The position numbers were made by a program, and so were the translations under genes. The notes beneath the pieces are model-generated. The model saw only the letters and a program-made list of their open reading frames with translations, searched no databases and had not been told where the DNA came from. This document shows, piece by piece, positions 38,475-48,457 of a stretch of DNA of 64,000 bases (positions within the stretch are counted from its first letter, which is position 1; each line of letters starts with the position of its first letter). Source of the DNA: an uncultured bacterium (GTDB lineage: Bacteria; Actinomycetota; Acidimicrobiia; Spongiisociales; UBA5794); the NCBI GenBank assembly GCA_963801165.1, contig CAWDDT010000010.1:192001-256000 (forward strand), given 5' to 3'.

Positions 38475-38981
38475 TCAATACGGCGTGAAGAGCCGTCTCA
38501 CGGCGTCACGGTATGACCGGTAGTAGGCCCCTCCCCAAACCGGTGTTCCCTCGTAACAGTGCACCGCCGGCTCTTCGAGTTCCACCAAACCGGGGAACTC
38601 GGCCGAGGCCCAGTGCTTTGGGGCGTAGGAACCTGCTCGCCCGATCGTGTCTGCGCCGGCCGTCTCGGTGACCGCGATGGCGTGTGCTACAACCATGCCA
38701 CCCAACCCGCGCGGCAACCAACTCTTGTCGGCCAGGGCGACCGCAAACACCGATCCGCTGAAGTCGACAAACTCCTCTGGAGAGATCTGGTCGAACGCTC
38801 TGACGGCGCAGACGGTGTCGACGATAGAGAGCCTCGTAGGCCGGAAGCGTCGGCGGTGGAAGTACCGGGTAGGCGACCCTTCTCTCGAAGGTCCCTGCCT
38901 GGGGCGGAAGCCCTCGGATTGCAGCTGAGCCGCCACTGTCGTCAGATAGTGGTTGAGCCTCTGCGCGTCCACATCGACCAC
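38475..38981 (-). CDS. Conserved hypothetical protein
   Basis: Directly follows serC with SD AGGAG; contains LPRGLG, PKHWA and TPVWG motifs. Confidence 0.6.
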   Translation of the reverse strand: MVDVDAQRLNHYLTTVAAQLQSEGFRPRQGPSREGSPTRYFHRRRFRPTRLSIVDTVCAVRAFDQISPEEFVDFSGSVFAVALADKSWLPRGLGGMVVAHAIAVTETAGADTIGRAGSYAPKHWASAEFPGLVELEEPAVHCYEGTPVWGGAYYRSYRDAVRRLFTPY

Positions 38982-38983
38982 TC

Positions 38984-40102
38984 CTACAGTCTCTCGACGA
39001 TGTAGTCGATCGCGTTAGTGAGGGTCTCCAGGTCCGCCGGTTCCACGTTGGGGAACATCGCGATACGCAGCTGGTTCTCGCCGAGGGCCCGGTAGCCGCC
39101 GGTGTCGACGATTCCGTTGTCGCGCAGCACCGCGGACACGACACCCGCGTCGATCTTCTCATCGAAGTTGATGGTCGCCACGTTGGTGCTTCTCATCGCC
39201 GGGTCGGCCACATACGGGTGCGCATAGTCAGACTCCTCCGCCCAGCTGTAAACGATGCGTGACGAGCGGGCGCATCGATCGAGCGCCCATTCGAGTCCGC
39301 CGAACTCGAGCATCGACTCAACCTGGCGCCGGATCAGGAACAGCGTTGCCAGCGCCGGCGTGTTGGTTGTCTGGTCTTTCCGAGAGTTATCCACTGCGTC
39401 CTTCAGCGAGAGGAAACCCGGAATCCATCGGTCGCCGGCCGCCAGGCGCTCGATGCGCTCCACTCCGGCGGGCGAAACGAGGGCGATCCACAGACCGCCA
39501 TCTGCGCCGAATACCTTCTGGGGCGAGAAGTAGTAGACGTCGAACTGCTTCGGATCGACTGCCATGCCGCCGGCGGCCGAGGTGGCGTCGACGGCGACGA
39601 TTCCGGGAGCGGCGGGTCGCGTGATCTCCATCATGACGCCGGTTGTGGTCTCGTTGTGTGTCAGGGCATAGAGGTCGACGTCTGGGTTGGGGACCGGCAG
39701 CGGGTGGGTCCCCAGGGCGGACGTGATGACCTCGGGCGTCTCGAGATGGGGGGCGCCGGCTACCACCTTGGCGAACTTGCCGGAGAAGACACCAAAGTCG
39801 AGATGCTGGCTCTTCTTCTCGATCAGGGCGAACGCCGCGCTCGCCCAGAACGAAGTCGCCCCGCCGACGCCGAGGACCACCTCGTATCCCTCAGGGAGAG
39901 AGAACAGCTCGCGCATTCCGTTGCGAATGGCACCGACGATCGACTTGACCCCGGGTTGCCGGTGGCTCGTTCCCATGAGTTTGGAGCCTGTGACGCCCAG
40001 CTCGAGCAGAGACTCGGTGCGTACTTTCGACGGCCCCGAGCCGAACCTCCCGTCGGAAGGAATGAGCTCGTCGGGCAGATCGATCGAGGGAATGTCGGAC
40101 AT
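38984..40102 (-). CDS. serC: Phosphoserine aminotransferase (actinobacterial type)
   Basis: DGRFGSGPSKVR, GTSHRQ, NETTTG, DATSAAG, FSPQK and NQLRIAMFP motifs. Confidence 0.95.
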   Translation of the reverse strand: MSDIPSIDLPDELIPSDGRFGSGPSKVRTESLLELGVTGSKLMGTSHRQPGVKSIVGAIRNGMRELFSLPEGYEVVLGVGGATSFWASAAFALIEKKSQHLDFGVFSGKFAKVVAGAPHLETPEVITSALGTHPLPVPNPDVDLYALTHNETTTGVMMEITRPAAPGIVAVDATSAAGGMAVDPKQFDVYYFSPQKVFGADGGLWIALVSPAGVERIERLAAGDRWIPGFLSLKDAVDNSRKDQTTNTPALATLFLIRRQVESMLEFGGLEWALDRCARSSRIVYSWAEESDYAHPYVADPAMRSTNVATINFDEKIDAGVVSAVLRDNGIVDTGGYRALGENQLRIAMFPNVEPADLETLTNAIDYIVERL

Positions 40103-40130
40103 TGTTCACCGCCGATTATGGTTCATGACA

Positions 40131-40170
40131 TCTTGCATAGGGAGAGTAGATCTTGCATAGGGAGAGTAGA
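40131..40170. repeat. Perfect 20-bp tandem duplication TCTTGCATAGGGAGAGTAGA x2
   Basis: Read directly at 40131-40150 and 40151-40170. Confidence 0.95.
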
Positions 40171-40173
40171 TCA

Positions 40174-41379
40174 ATGACCGAGACGCGCCCACTTGGGACC
40201 TCGCAACGTGTGGCGAAGGTGGCAGAATCCGCCACGTTGGCGATAACCGCCAAGGCCAAGGCCCTCCGAGCGACAGGCGCTCCCGTAATCGGCTTTGGGG
40301 CGGGAGAGCCCGACTTTGCCACGCCCGATCACATCGTTGCCGCCGCCGTGGCTGCCGCGCTGGATCCGAAGAACCACAAGTACACCCCCGCCGTCGGTTT
40401 GCCTGAACTCCGTGAGGCAGTGGCAGTCAAGACGCGCAGAGACTCCGGGTACGACGTGCAGAGCGGTCAGGTCGTCATCACCAACGGCGGCAAGCAGGCC
40501 GTGTACCTGACCTGCCAGGCTCTGCTCGATCCCGGTGACGAGGTGTTGCTGCCTGCGCCGTACTGGGTGACGTATCCCGAGGCGGTCAAGCTCGCCGATG
40601 GTGTCGTCGTCCCGATCGACTCCGACGACTCGACCGGCTTCAAGGTGACCGTCGATCAGCTCGAGTCGGCGCGCACCGACAAGACGAAGATGCTCATCTT
40701 CTGCTCGCCGTCCAACCCGACGGGCGCCGTCTACACGTGGGACGAGATCGAGGAGATCGGGAATTGGGCGGTCGCCAACGGCATCTGGGTAATGACCGAC
40801 GAGATCTACGAGCACCTGGTCTACGGCGATGCCGAGTTTGTGTCGCTGCCGGTTGCCGTACCCGATCTCGCCGAGCATTGCGTGGTCGTCAACGGGGTAG
40901 CGAAGACGTATGCCATGACAGGATGGCGGGTCGGGTGGATGATCGCCCCGGAGGCGGTGGTCAAGGGTGTCGGCAAGCTGGTGAGCCACATGACGAGCAA
41001 CGTCGGCAACGTCAGCCAGCGCGCCGCTCTGGCGGCGGTTGAGGGGTCGCTCGACGCAGCCCACGTGATGAGGGAGGCGTTCGACCGGCGCCGGGTCACT
41101 ATGCACCGGATGCTCAACGAGATCAACGGGGTGAGCTGTGTGGAACCCCTGGGTGCCTTCTACGCCTTCCCGAACATGCAAGGGCTGCTCGGTCGCGACC
41201 TCGGTGGCAAGACCGCAGATACGACCCTCGATCTCGCCGGGCTGGTCCTCGACGAGGCCCAGGTCGCCTTTGTCCCCGGTGAGGCCTTTGGCCTCGGCGG
41301 ATACGCACGATTCTCGTTTGCGCTCGCCGATGAGGATCTGGTGGAAGGGCTACGACGGATCCAGGAACTCGCCGGCTGA
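40174..41379 (+). CDS. aspC: Class I PLP aminotransferase (aspartate aminotransferase)
   Basis: GAGEPDF, NGGKQA, SPSNPTG, DEIYE and [12 protein letters not shown] motifs. Confidence 0.88.
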   Translation: MTETRPLGTSQRVAKVAESATLAITAKAKALRATGAPVIGFGAGEPDFATPDHIVAAAVAAALDPKNHKYTPAVGLPELREAVAVKTRRDSGYDVQSGQVVITNGGKQAVYLTCQALLDPGDEVLLPAPYWVTYPEAVKLADGVVVPIDSDDSTGFKVTVDQLESARTDKTKMLIFCSPSNPTGAVYTWDEIEEIGNWAVANGIWVMTDEIYEHLVYGDAEFVSLPVAVPDLAEHCVVVNGVAKTYAMTGWRVGWMIAPEAVVKGVGKLVSHMTSNVGNVSQRAALAAVEGSLDAAHVMREAFDRRRVTMHRMLNEINGVSCVEPLGAFYAFPNMQGLLGRDLGGKTADTTLDLAGLVLDEAQVAFVPGEAFGLGGYARFSFALADEDLVEGLRRIQELAG

Positions 41380-42570
41380 CAGCTTGTCGATCTCGGCGAT
41401 GACTGTTTGGCCGGCGGCGGATTTCGGATTGATCAGCGACGAGTGGTCAACGCCTTCCAGCTCCCGGTAGACGACGGTGTCACCAGCCTCACCCGCCGCA
41501 GCTGCATACGCCCGGCTCATCTCAACCGGTACTGCGATGTCGTCAGTTCCGTGGATAAGGACCTGACGTACCCCGAGCGGAAGCAAGCTTCGGGGCGAAC
41601 TTGCCGCATACCGCTCGGCGCCATCTTGCGGGGTTCTGCGCAGAAACTCGGCTACGGCGCCGTCGCCGAGATTGCGTGCGTATGCGTCTTCGAGATCGGC
41701 GACCGGAGCGAGAGCGACCACGGCATGAGGATGTACCCGGGCTTCGGGGTCAGGTATTCCATTCGAGAGATGTGGGCGCGCCGCCGCCCACAGTGCCAGA
41801 TGTCCTCCCGCCGAGTGTCCGACGAGGACGACCCTGCCTGGATCCAGGTCGTAGTCCGGAGCCAGCGCCGCCAGGCGGTCGGCGCCGGCTGCAACATCCT
41901 CGAGCGTGGCCGGCCAGCCGCCGCCGGTGCCGACCCTGTGGTACTCCAGATTCCAAGTCGCCCAGCCGTGCGAGCAGAGCTCCACAGCGAGGCTATCCAT
42001 GATGTCCCGTGTCCACCGGTCCCGCCAGAAGCCTCCGTGGATCAGCACGGCCACCGGGTGCGGCCCGTCACCCTCGGGTGTCAGCAACGCACCCACCTGG
42101 TCTTCGGCAGGTCCATAGCGGATGACCTCGGGCCGGACGGACGCTTGGTTGACGAGGTACTCGAGGGCGTAGCGATATCCGTCGATGCCGCGACCTCTGA
42201 TCATGTAGTCGCAGGCGGGTGCGATCACAGAGGTCCTGCGCCAGTTGTCACGCTCTTTGATGTTCGAGATGTGGACCTCGACCGCGGGGAGGGCGATGGC
42301 TGCGATGGCGTCGTGGAGCGCATAGCTGTAATGGGTGAGGGCGCCGGCGTTGATGATGATGCCGTCCTGGGCGCGCCGATCGTCGTGGAGACGGTCGATG
42401 ATCGCTCCCTCGTGGTTCGATTGAAAGCACGTGACGGTTACGCCGAGGTCCAATCCCCATGAAATGACGAGCGTCTCGAGCTCGTTGAGGGTCGTCGCAC
42501 CATAGACGGCCGGCTCGCGCTCGCCGAGCAGGTTGAGGTTGGGGCCGTTGATGACCAGGACGCGCTTCAT
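41350..42570 (-). CDS. aroQ: Type II 3-dehydroquinate dehydratase fused to an alpha/beta hydrolase
   Basis: N-terminal [20 protein letters not shown] and VEVHISN; C-terminal HGGFW, GHSAGG, HGTDD and GVDH; one continuous ORF. Confidence 0.88.
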   Translation of the reverse strand: MKRVLVINGPNLNLLGEREPAVYGATTLNELETLVISWGLDLGVTVTCFQSNHEGAIIDRLHDDRRAQDGIIINAGALTHYSYALHDAIAAIALPAVEVHISNIKERDNWRRTSVIAPACDYMIRGRGIDGYRYALEYLVNQASVRPEVIRYGPAEDQVGALLTPEGDGPHPVAVLIHGGFWRDRWTRDIMDSLAVELCSHGWATWNLEYHRVGTGGGWPATLEDVAAGADRLAALAPDYDLDPGRVVLVGHSAGGHLALWAAARPHLSNGIPDPEARVHPHAVVALAPVADLEDAYARNLGDGAVAEFLRRTPQDGAERYAASSPRSLLPLGVRQVLIHGTDDIAVPVEMSRAYAAAAGEAGDTVVYRELEGVDHSSLINPKSAAGQTVIAEIDKLSAGEFLDPS

Positions 42571-42734
42571 AGTCGGGAGCGTATTGGATTGTTGCCGTCC
42601 GGTCGAGTCTCTATTCGCCATCGGGTGCGTAGCCGAGGATGTCGCCGGGCTAGCAGTCGAGCACCTGCCATAGGGATCGAGTGACGCGAAACGGATACGT
42701 CTTTGTCGAAAGTGAACAAGAACCAGAGCCGCTA

Positions 42735-43484
42735 TTAGGGAACAAAGCGTTTGGCGAGCGGGCGCGCCTCATGCACCATTGCATCGTCGATACGGTCCTT
42801 GGTGATGATGTAGTGATCTGCCAGCACCCCCCGGAGTGTCGCCAGTACCGTGTCGTTGTCGATGCCGTGGCGTACGTCACTCAGTGCCCCGGCGGTCGCG
42901 GGACGCCATTCGAGCTCGAGCGCCCGGTACACCGGGATGAGCGCCCGCAACAGCAGATCGCGCCGGCTGACGGCGATCACTCCTCCGACATGGGCGGCGT
43001 GCTTGGCGAGACGCTGGCCGACCCCCATCAGCTTGATCCGGCCGTCGTGATGAACGCTGAAGTCGCCCGGGCAATACTCGCCGGGGACCTCGCCCACCGC
43101 GGCCGAGACTCCCAGTTTCTCGAACGCGGCGACCATGACGCTGCTGATGTGGCGGAAATTGTCGTAGACAGTGCTGCGCGGATCGGGGTCGGGGAGTGCG
43201 AGCGAGAAGGCGATGGTGCCCTCGGTGAAAACGGCAGCTCTGCCGCCGGCCAATCGCTCCACGGCGCCGAACCCGGCCTGGCGGGCCGCAGCAACGGCAG
43301 CCGGATACTGAGGAGTGACCGTGTCTCTCTTGCCGAAGGCCACCTCACGGCCGGGCACATACAGCCGCATCGTCGCCGGCATTTCCCCGGCAGCAACCCG
43401 ACTGAGGATCAGGGTGCTCAATGCGGTGTCGAGACCGGGTTCTTCCGACCAGGAGCCGCCGAGGAGGAGCAAGGGTGTCTTCAC
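42735..43484 (-). CDS. Lipoate-protein ligase family protein, LipL-like amidotransferase
   Basis: RLAGGRA, GEYCPGDFS and KLMGVGQR motifs; no C-terminal LplA domain. Confidence 0.75.
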   Translation of the reverse strand: MKTPLLLLGGSWSEEPGLDTALSTLILSRVAAGEMPATMRLYVPGREVAFGKRDTVTPQYPAAVAAARQAGFGAVERLAGGRAAVFTEGTIAFSLALPDPDPRSTVYDNFRHISSVMVAAFEKLGVSAAVGEVPGEYCPGDFSVHHDGRIKLMGVGQRLAKHAAHVGGVIAVSRRDLLLRALIPVYRALELEWRPATAGALSDVRHGIDNDTVLATLRGVLADHYIITKDRIDDAMVHEARPLAKRFVP

Positions 43485-43624
43485 GGGCGCAGGGTAGTGC
43501 CTGGGGCAGCTCGGGTCCTGCTTGGAAGCAATGCGCTGCCCAAACGTCGGTGCGATCGCCCAGATACATGGCTATCACGTAGGCACGGGTAATCTGAGAG
43601 GACATCCCAATCTCCGGAATCCCG

Positions 43625-44308
43625 TTGAAACGCATCATTGTCCTCATGCTCGTGTGCTTGTCCGTCGCCGCTTGCGGCGACGCGGGTCTGCTCGACGGTC
43701 TCGGTGATCGTTCGGTCAATTACGTGCACGGCGGGACGACCACAACGACGACCACCACCGAGGGACCGCTTCCCGAGGCGCCGCAAGGCTCGGTTCATGC
43801 CGTCGACATTGTCTGGTTCAACGACGGGATCGCAGGAGAATCGCCCACGATGGAGCAGGGCGTCGCCGTTTCAACCGTGTGGAGCCGCGGAGACGGTGTG
43901 ACTTCGGTGATCCAGGCGAGCAGGAAGGAGATCGCCGCGGCGTTGCCGGGCGTCCAATTCCCCGAGCTCGTTCCTGACACCGTCGGTTGGGTGACCAGCC
44001 AGCTCGTGTTCGACGTCGCCTCCGGTCTGCTCAGCGCGGACACATCGGCACAATTCGGGCTGTGGCACCAGGAGCCGTACAAAACCGAGGGGGGCCGGAC
44101 CGCAGTGATTTCGGTGCGTCCTGCGACGAGTGCCGACATCGTCGGGTCGATTCAAGCGGAAGAAACGACCACTGGTCTCGATCTGTCATGGGCCGCTGAG
44201 GCCTATCACTACGTCATCGAGTGCCCTTTGGAGCTTCCCGAGGACAACTGCTGGCAAATGGCTGAGTCCGTGATGCCACTCAGCCAGATGCTGCCGGACG
44301 AGGGCTGA
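43625..44308 (+). CDS. Hypothetical lipoprotein
   Basis: Lipobox SVAAC and a poly-Thr linker. Confidence 0.7.
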   Translation: MKRIIVLMLVCLSVAACGDAGLLDGLGDRSVNYVHGGTTTTTTTTEGPLPEAPQGSVHAVDIVWFNDGIAGESPTMEQGVAVSTVWSRGDGVTSVIQASRKEIAAALPGVQFPELVPDTVGWVTSQLVFDVASGLLSADTSAQFGLWHQEPYKTEGGRTAVISVRPATSADIVGSIQAEETTTGLDLSWAAEAYHYVIECPLELPEDNCWQMAESVMPLSQMLPDEG

Positions 44309-44379
44309 GGCGACCGCCCCGTCCTCGATCGCAGGGACCCGGCTCTAAGGTTGCGTGATCTGAGAAGGGAACGCTCATT

Positions 44380-46284
44380 CTGCATGGCACGGGATGGTGG
44401 TCGTATGTTCGCTACGACGAGGACCAGGATCGCCCTGAGATAAGCCGGTCTTTGCTGCGCCGGGTGCTGGGCTACGGACGCGCGTACAAGAAGGAGATGG
44501 TCATCGCGCTGGTGACGATCCTGATCATCTCGATCACATCGTTGGCGCCACCGCTTCTGATCAGAGACCTTCTCAACAACGCCATCCCCAATTCAGACCT
44601 GGGGAGGGTGACCGTGCTCGGGATCGGGATGATCCTCGTTCCGTTGATCAACGGCGGTTTCGGGGTTTTGCAGCGGTGGGCATCGGCATCGATCGGGGAA
44701 GGGATCATCTTCGATCTGCGCTGTCAGTTGTTTTCCCATCTGCAGCGCATGTCGCTCGGGTTCTTTACGGCGACCCGCACCGGCGAGTTGATGAGCCGTC
44801 TCAATAATGACGTCGTTGGTGCCCAGCAGGCCGTTACCGGCACGTTCATGTCCCTCGCCTCGAACATCGTGTCGGTGATCTTCACCCTCGTCATCATGTT
44901 TCTGCTCGAGTGGCGGCTGACCGCGATGTCGCTCGTGATCCTCCCCGTGTTTATCGCGGTCTCGCGACGCGTCGGCCGTTCTTTGCGGACGGTCCGGCGC
45001 GAGCAGCTCGAGGAGAACGCCGAGATGAACGCCCAGATGCAGGAGACGCTCGGCGTCTCGGGGGCACTGCTCGTCAAGTTGTTCGGTCGCACCCAATACG
45101 AGGACGAACGTTTCCGTATTCGGGCCCGCCGCGTAGCGGACCTGGGGATCAGACAGGCGACCATCGGCCGGTGGTTCTTCATGGCTCTCGGCGTGATGAG
45201 CGCCCTCGGCACCGCGCTCGTGTTCTGGGTGGGAGCCGTGATGGTTATCAACGGCCGGATCAACACGGGGGACATAGTGGCTCTCTCGCTGTATCTCAAC
45301 AACCTCTACGGTCCCCTTTCCGGGCTCACCAACGCCCGGGTCGAGTTCGCCACGTCACTCGTCTCTTTCGAGCGGGTCTTTGAGGTGCTCGACCTGGACC
45401 TTGACATCATCGAGTCACCCGCCGCCGTCGATCTCGAGTCCGCCCGGGGCGAGATCGAGTTCGACGACGTGTGGTTCTCGTACGGCGGTCACCTCGGGTT
45501 GCAGGCGGTGAAGCGCTATGGCTGGCGGAATGTCACCGATGGTGACGAGGGCCCCCGTCAGGAAGGCCCGGTGAGCTGGGCGCTGCGGGGTGTGTCCTTT
45601 GCGGTGAACCCGGGTGAGCTAGTGGCGCTGGTAGGGCCGAGCGGCGCAGGCAAGACCACCTCCACGTACCTCGTGCCGCGGATCTACGACGCCGACCGGG
45701 GAGCGGTCCGGATCGACGGCTCGGATGTTCGCACGACGACGCTGGAGTCGCTGGCACGAGCCATTGGGGTGGTCACCCAGGAGACCTATCTGTTCCACGA
45801 CACGATCGCTGCCAACCTCCGGTACGCCAAGCCGGACGCGACCGAGGACGAGCTGCTCGAGGCTGCTGAAACGGCGAACATCCGGGAGTTGATCGAAGGT
45901 CTCCCCAGGGGGTTCGACACTGTGGTCGGGGAGAGGGGCTACCGGCTCTCCGGCGGGGAGAAACAACGGATGGCGATCGCCCGGGTGATCTTGAAGGACC
46001 CCCGTATCCTCATCCTGGACGAAGCCACTTCGCACCTCGACGCCCACGCCGAGGCGCTGATACAGGAGGCGCTCGAGAGAGTGATGGAGGGCCGGACCTC
46101 GCTCGTGATCGCTCATCGCCTCTCGACGATTCTGGCCGCCGACCGGATTCTGGTCCTCGATGGGGGGCGCCTCGTCGAAGAGGGCAGTCACGCCGAGCTG
46201 CTTGCCCGCGACGGTCTCTACGCGTCGCTGTACCGCACCCAGTTTGCCGCAGAAGACGTCGCTGCCGACGGGTTGGGGTCATGA
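44380..46284 (+). CDS. ABC exporter, fused TMD-NBD (start probably non-canonical CTG 44380 or ATT 44377; ORF track uses TTG 44452)
   Basis: GPSGAGKT, LSGGEKQR, LDEATSHLD and AHRLST motifs. Confidence 0.9.
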   Translation: MHGTGWWSYVRYDEDQDRPEISRSLLRRVLGYGRAYKKEMVIALVTILIISITSLAPPLLIRDLLNNAIPNSDLGRVTVLGIGMILVPLINGGFGVLQRWASASIGEGIIFDLRCQLFSHLQRMSLGFFTATRTGELMSRLNNDVVGAQQAVTGTFMSLASNIVSVIFTLVIMFLLEWRLTAMSLVILPVFIAVSRRVGRSLRTVRREQLEENAEMNAQMQETLGVSGALLVKLFGRTQYEDERFRIRARRVADLGIRQATIGRWFFMALGVMSALGTALVFWVGAVMVINGRINTGDIVALSLYLNNLYGPLSGLTNARVEFATSLVSFERVFEVLDLDLDIIESPAAVDLESARGEIEFDDVWFSYGGHLGLQAVKRYGWRNVTDGDEGPRQEGPVSWALRGVSFAVNPGELVALVGPSGAGKTTSTYLVPRIYDADRGAVRIDGSDVRTTTLESLARAIGVVTQETYLFHDTIAANLRYAKPDATEDELLEAAETANIRELIEGLPRGFDTVVGERGYRLSGGEKQRMAIARVILKDPRILILDEATSHLDAHAEALIQEALERVMEGRTSLVIAHRLSTILAADRILVLDGGRLVEEGSHAELLARDGLYASLYRTQFAAEDVAADGLGS

Positions 46285-46727
46285 CGAAGCTGCCGCTTGT
46301 GGCCTTGCTGCTGCTCGTTTCCTGCGCCGCGGAAGCCGATACGCCGGAAACCACAGAGCTCGTCACCGCAGCGAGCACAACGGCTACCACCGCAGCGGGG
46401 ACCTCGGAATCAGCCACGCCGGGATGTGCGGACGTGGTCGACGTCACCATGACCGAGCAGGACGGCACATTTACCGTTGCCGCTACAGTCCGATCGAGCG
46501 ACACCGGCTGGGACAAGTATGCAGACGCCTGGCAGATCCGGGGACCGGGTGGCGAGGTCATTGCCGAGAGGGTGCTCACTCACCCGCATGTGGACGAGCA
46601 GCCGTTCACGAGGAGCCTGAGTGGTGTTGTCATCCCGGCGGGTGTCGCTGTTGTGACGGTCGCCGCCCGGGACTCCGTTTCCGGATTCTGCGGCGAAGTG
46701 CACGATGCGGAGGTACCGGGACGGTGA
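46281..46727 (+). CDS. Hypothetical lipoprotein with an HPH..EQPFTRS motif
   Basis: Lipobox LVSC, Thr/Ala linker and KYADAW..THPHVDEQPFTRS. Confidence 0.7.
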   Translation: MTKLPLVALLLLVSCAAEADTPETTELVTAASTTATTAAGTSESATPGCADVVDVTMTEQDGTFTVAATVRSSDTGWDKYADAWQIRGPGGEVIAERVLTHPHVDEQPFTRSLSGVVIPAGVAVVTVAARDSVSGFCGEVHDAEVPGR

Positions 46728-47293
46728 CGTATCAGGTCTGGGTCGACGACTCGTGGTTGGACATACCGGCACTGACGATGAGCGGCGAGGCGATCGTCGT
46801 GCCGAATGTGAATGCGATCGTCCGGTCGTCCGACGGAAACGCGATCCTGCTCCAGCGTCGTGACAAGGTGGGGGAACCCGTCCGGGGCAAGCTGGAGATT
46901 CCCGGTGGAAGGTGGCGGGCGGGAGAACCTCCGGAGACGGCAATGCGGCGTGAGGTACAGGAGGAGGCCGGGGTCCGTATCATCGAGTCCATCTCGGTCA
47001 CCGGGCGAGTGGAGGTCGCGACGAATCGTGCCTGTGGATTCGTGCACCCGGTCGCCGTTGTCAACGGGATTGAAGGATCGTATCCCTCTCTTCATGTGCT
47101 CTTCGAATGCGTCGGTGAGGGTGAGCCGGTGGCCCAACCGGGCGAGACCGCCGAGCCGCGCTGGTGGCCGATCGGGGAAGTGCGGGCACTCCTCGAAGAA
47201 GCACCCGATGAGTTCGTGGATCAGACCCGCGTCATGCTGGCGGTCTACTTCAAGACGACGGATGACGGTCCACACGCTCCCAGCGGAAGCTAG
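46724..47293 (+). CDS. NUDIX hydrolase
   Basis: PGG...GE...AMRREVQEEAG NUDIX box; GTGA overlap. Confidence 0.85.
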   Translation: MTYQVWVDDSWLDIPALTMSGEAIVVPNVNAIVRSSDGNAILLQRRDKVGEPVRGKLEIPGGRWRAGEPPETAMRREVQEEAGVRIIESISVTGRVEVATNRACGFVHPVAVVNGIEGSYPSLHVLFECVGEGEPVAQPGETAEPRWWPIGEVRALLEEAPDEFVDQTRVMLAVYFKTTDDGPHAPSGS

Positions 47294-47796
47294 AGATCGT
47301 CCTGTTGGTCCTCGGTGGTCGGATCGTGGGAACCGGGGGGCAGCACGAGCACCGGTCTTCCCGACTCGATCATGACCCTTGCGGAAACACTCTCCCACGC
47401 CGACTGATCGAATATCTGTCGTGTGGCGCCGAGCAAGACCACATCGGCGTCGACTTCCTCGGCGAGTTGCGAGATGGCGCGGGCCGGGTCGGCGCCCTCC
47501 CGGAACAAGGTGCGCGACTCGAGTCCGGCGGCTCGTAGCGCCGCGCAGATCGGCTCGGTGAGACGCCGACCGCGCTCTTCGACGTACCGGTGCATGATTG
47601 CCTCGTCGCCGTCACTCTCGGGGACCTCGTCGGTCAGCGGATGCCACCCCTCAGATCGCAGCGTATCGAGGAAACCATGGGGGACTTCGATGACGGTGGT
47701 GACCGTCACTTCTCCGCTCGTGCCGATGAGGTGGCGGGTGAATTCAACAGCAGGCGCCGGGCTGAGCACGCCGGTCGTGGCGATGAGCACATGCAT
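47290..47796 (-). CDS. Universal stress protein
   Basis: HVLIAT, G.DPARAI, ADVVLLG and SVSARV...RPVLV motifs. Confidence 0.85.
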   Translation of the reverse strand: MHVLIATTGVLSPAPAVEFTRHLIGTSGEVTVTTVIEVPHGFLDTLRSEGWHPLTDEVPESDGDEAIMHRYVEERGRRLTEPICAALRAAGLESRTLFREGADPARAISQLAEEVDADVVLLGATRQIFDQSAWESVSARVMIESGRPVLVLPPGSHDPTTEDQQDDL

Positions 47797-47902
47797 CGGG
47801 GAATCATAGGGCTCTGGTGCGCTCGGCATCCAAGCGGCGGCCGACTACACGTCATCCGCTCGAAGTCCCGTCGTTACCCTGTCCAGCGTGGAAGGAGCTG
47901 AT

Positions 47903-48427
47903 ATGGAAGCGACGCCAGACGTAGAGACCATCAACAAGGTGATGTGGCACATCCCGAACCCGCTCTGTCTGCTTGGTTCCCGCGCCGGAGACGAGTGGAA
48001 TGGGATGACCCAGAGCTGGGTATCGCAGGTGGCCATGGATCCGGTATTGGTTGCCGTATCGGTCGACGCCGCGGCGGTGACGAACCGGTTGATCCGGCAG
48101 GGTGGGTCGTTCTCGGTGAATCTCTGGGACAAGGACGACACGAGGGTCTTCGTCAAGTTCTCGAAGCCTGCCAGCAAGGATGGCGACACACTGAACGGTC
48201 GGCCTATCCGTGAGGGGAAGACCGGGGTCCCGATCTTCACCGAGGCGGTCGCTTACATCGAATGTCGCGTGGTCGAGACGATTGAGCTGGGCAGCCATGA
48301 TCTGTTCGTTGGCGAGGTGGTCGATGCCGGCTTCAACGGCGAAGGCGAGACGTCGCCCGCCGCCGCGATGGATGACACCCGGATGAAGTACGGTGGCGTC
48401 CTTCGAGCCGGTCACAAGAAGGGCTGA
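47903..48427 (+). CDS. Flavin reductase-like protein
   Basis: NGMT.SWVSQV, FSVN and GSHDLFVGEV motifs; SD GAAGGAG. Confidence 0.88.
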   Translation: MEATPDVETINKVMWHIPNPLCLLGSRAGDEWNGMTQSWVSQVAMDPVLVAVSVDAAAVTNRLIRQGGSFSVNLWDKDDTRVFVKFSKPASKDGDTLNGRPIREGKTGVPIFTEAVAYIECRVVETIELGSHDLFVGEVVDAGFNGEGETSPAAAMDDTRMKYGGVLRAGHKKG

Positions 48428-48457
48428 CGACGGCCAAGTTCGCTGAGGAGGCGGTAG

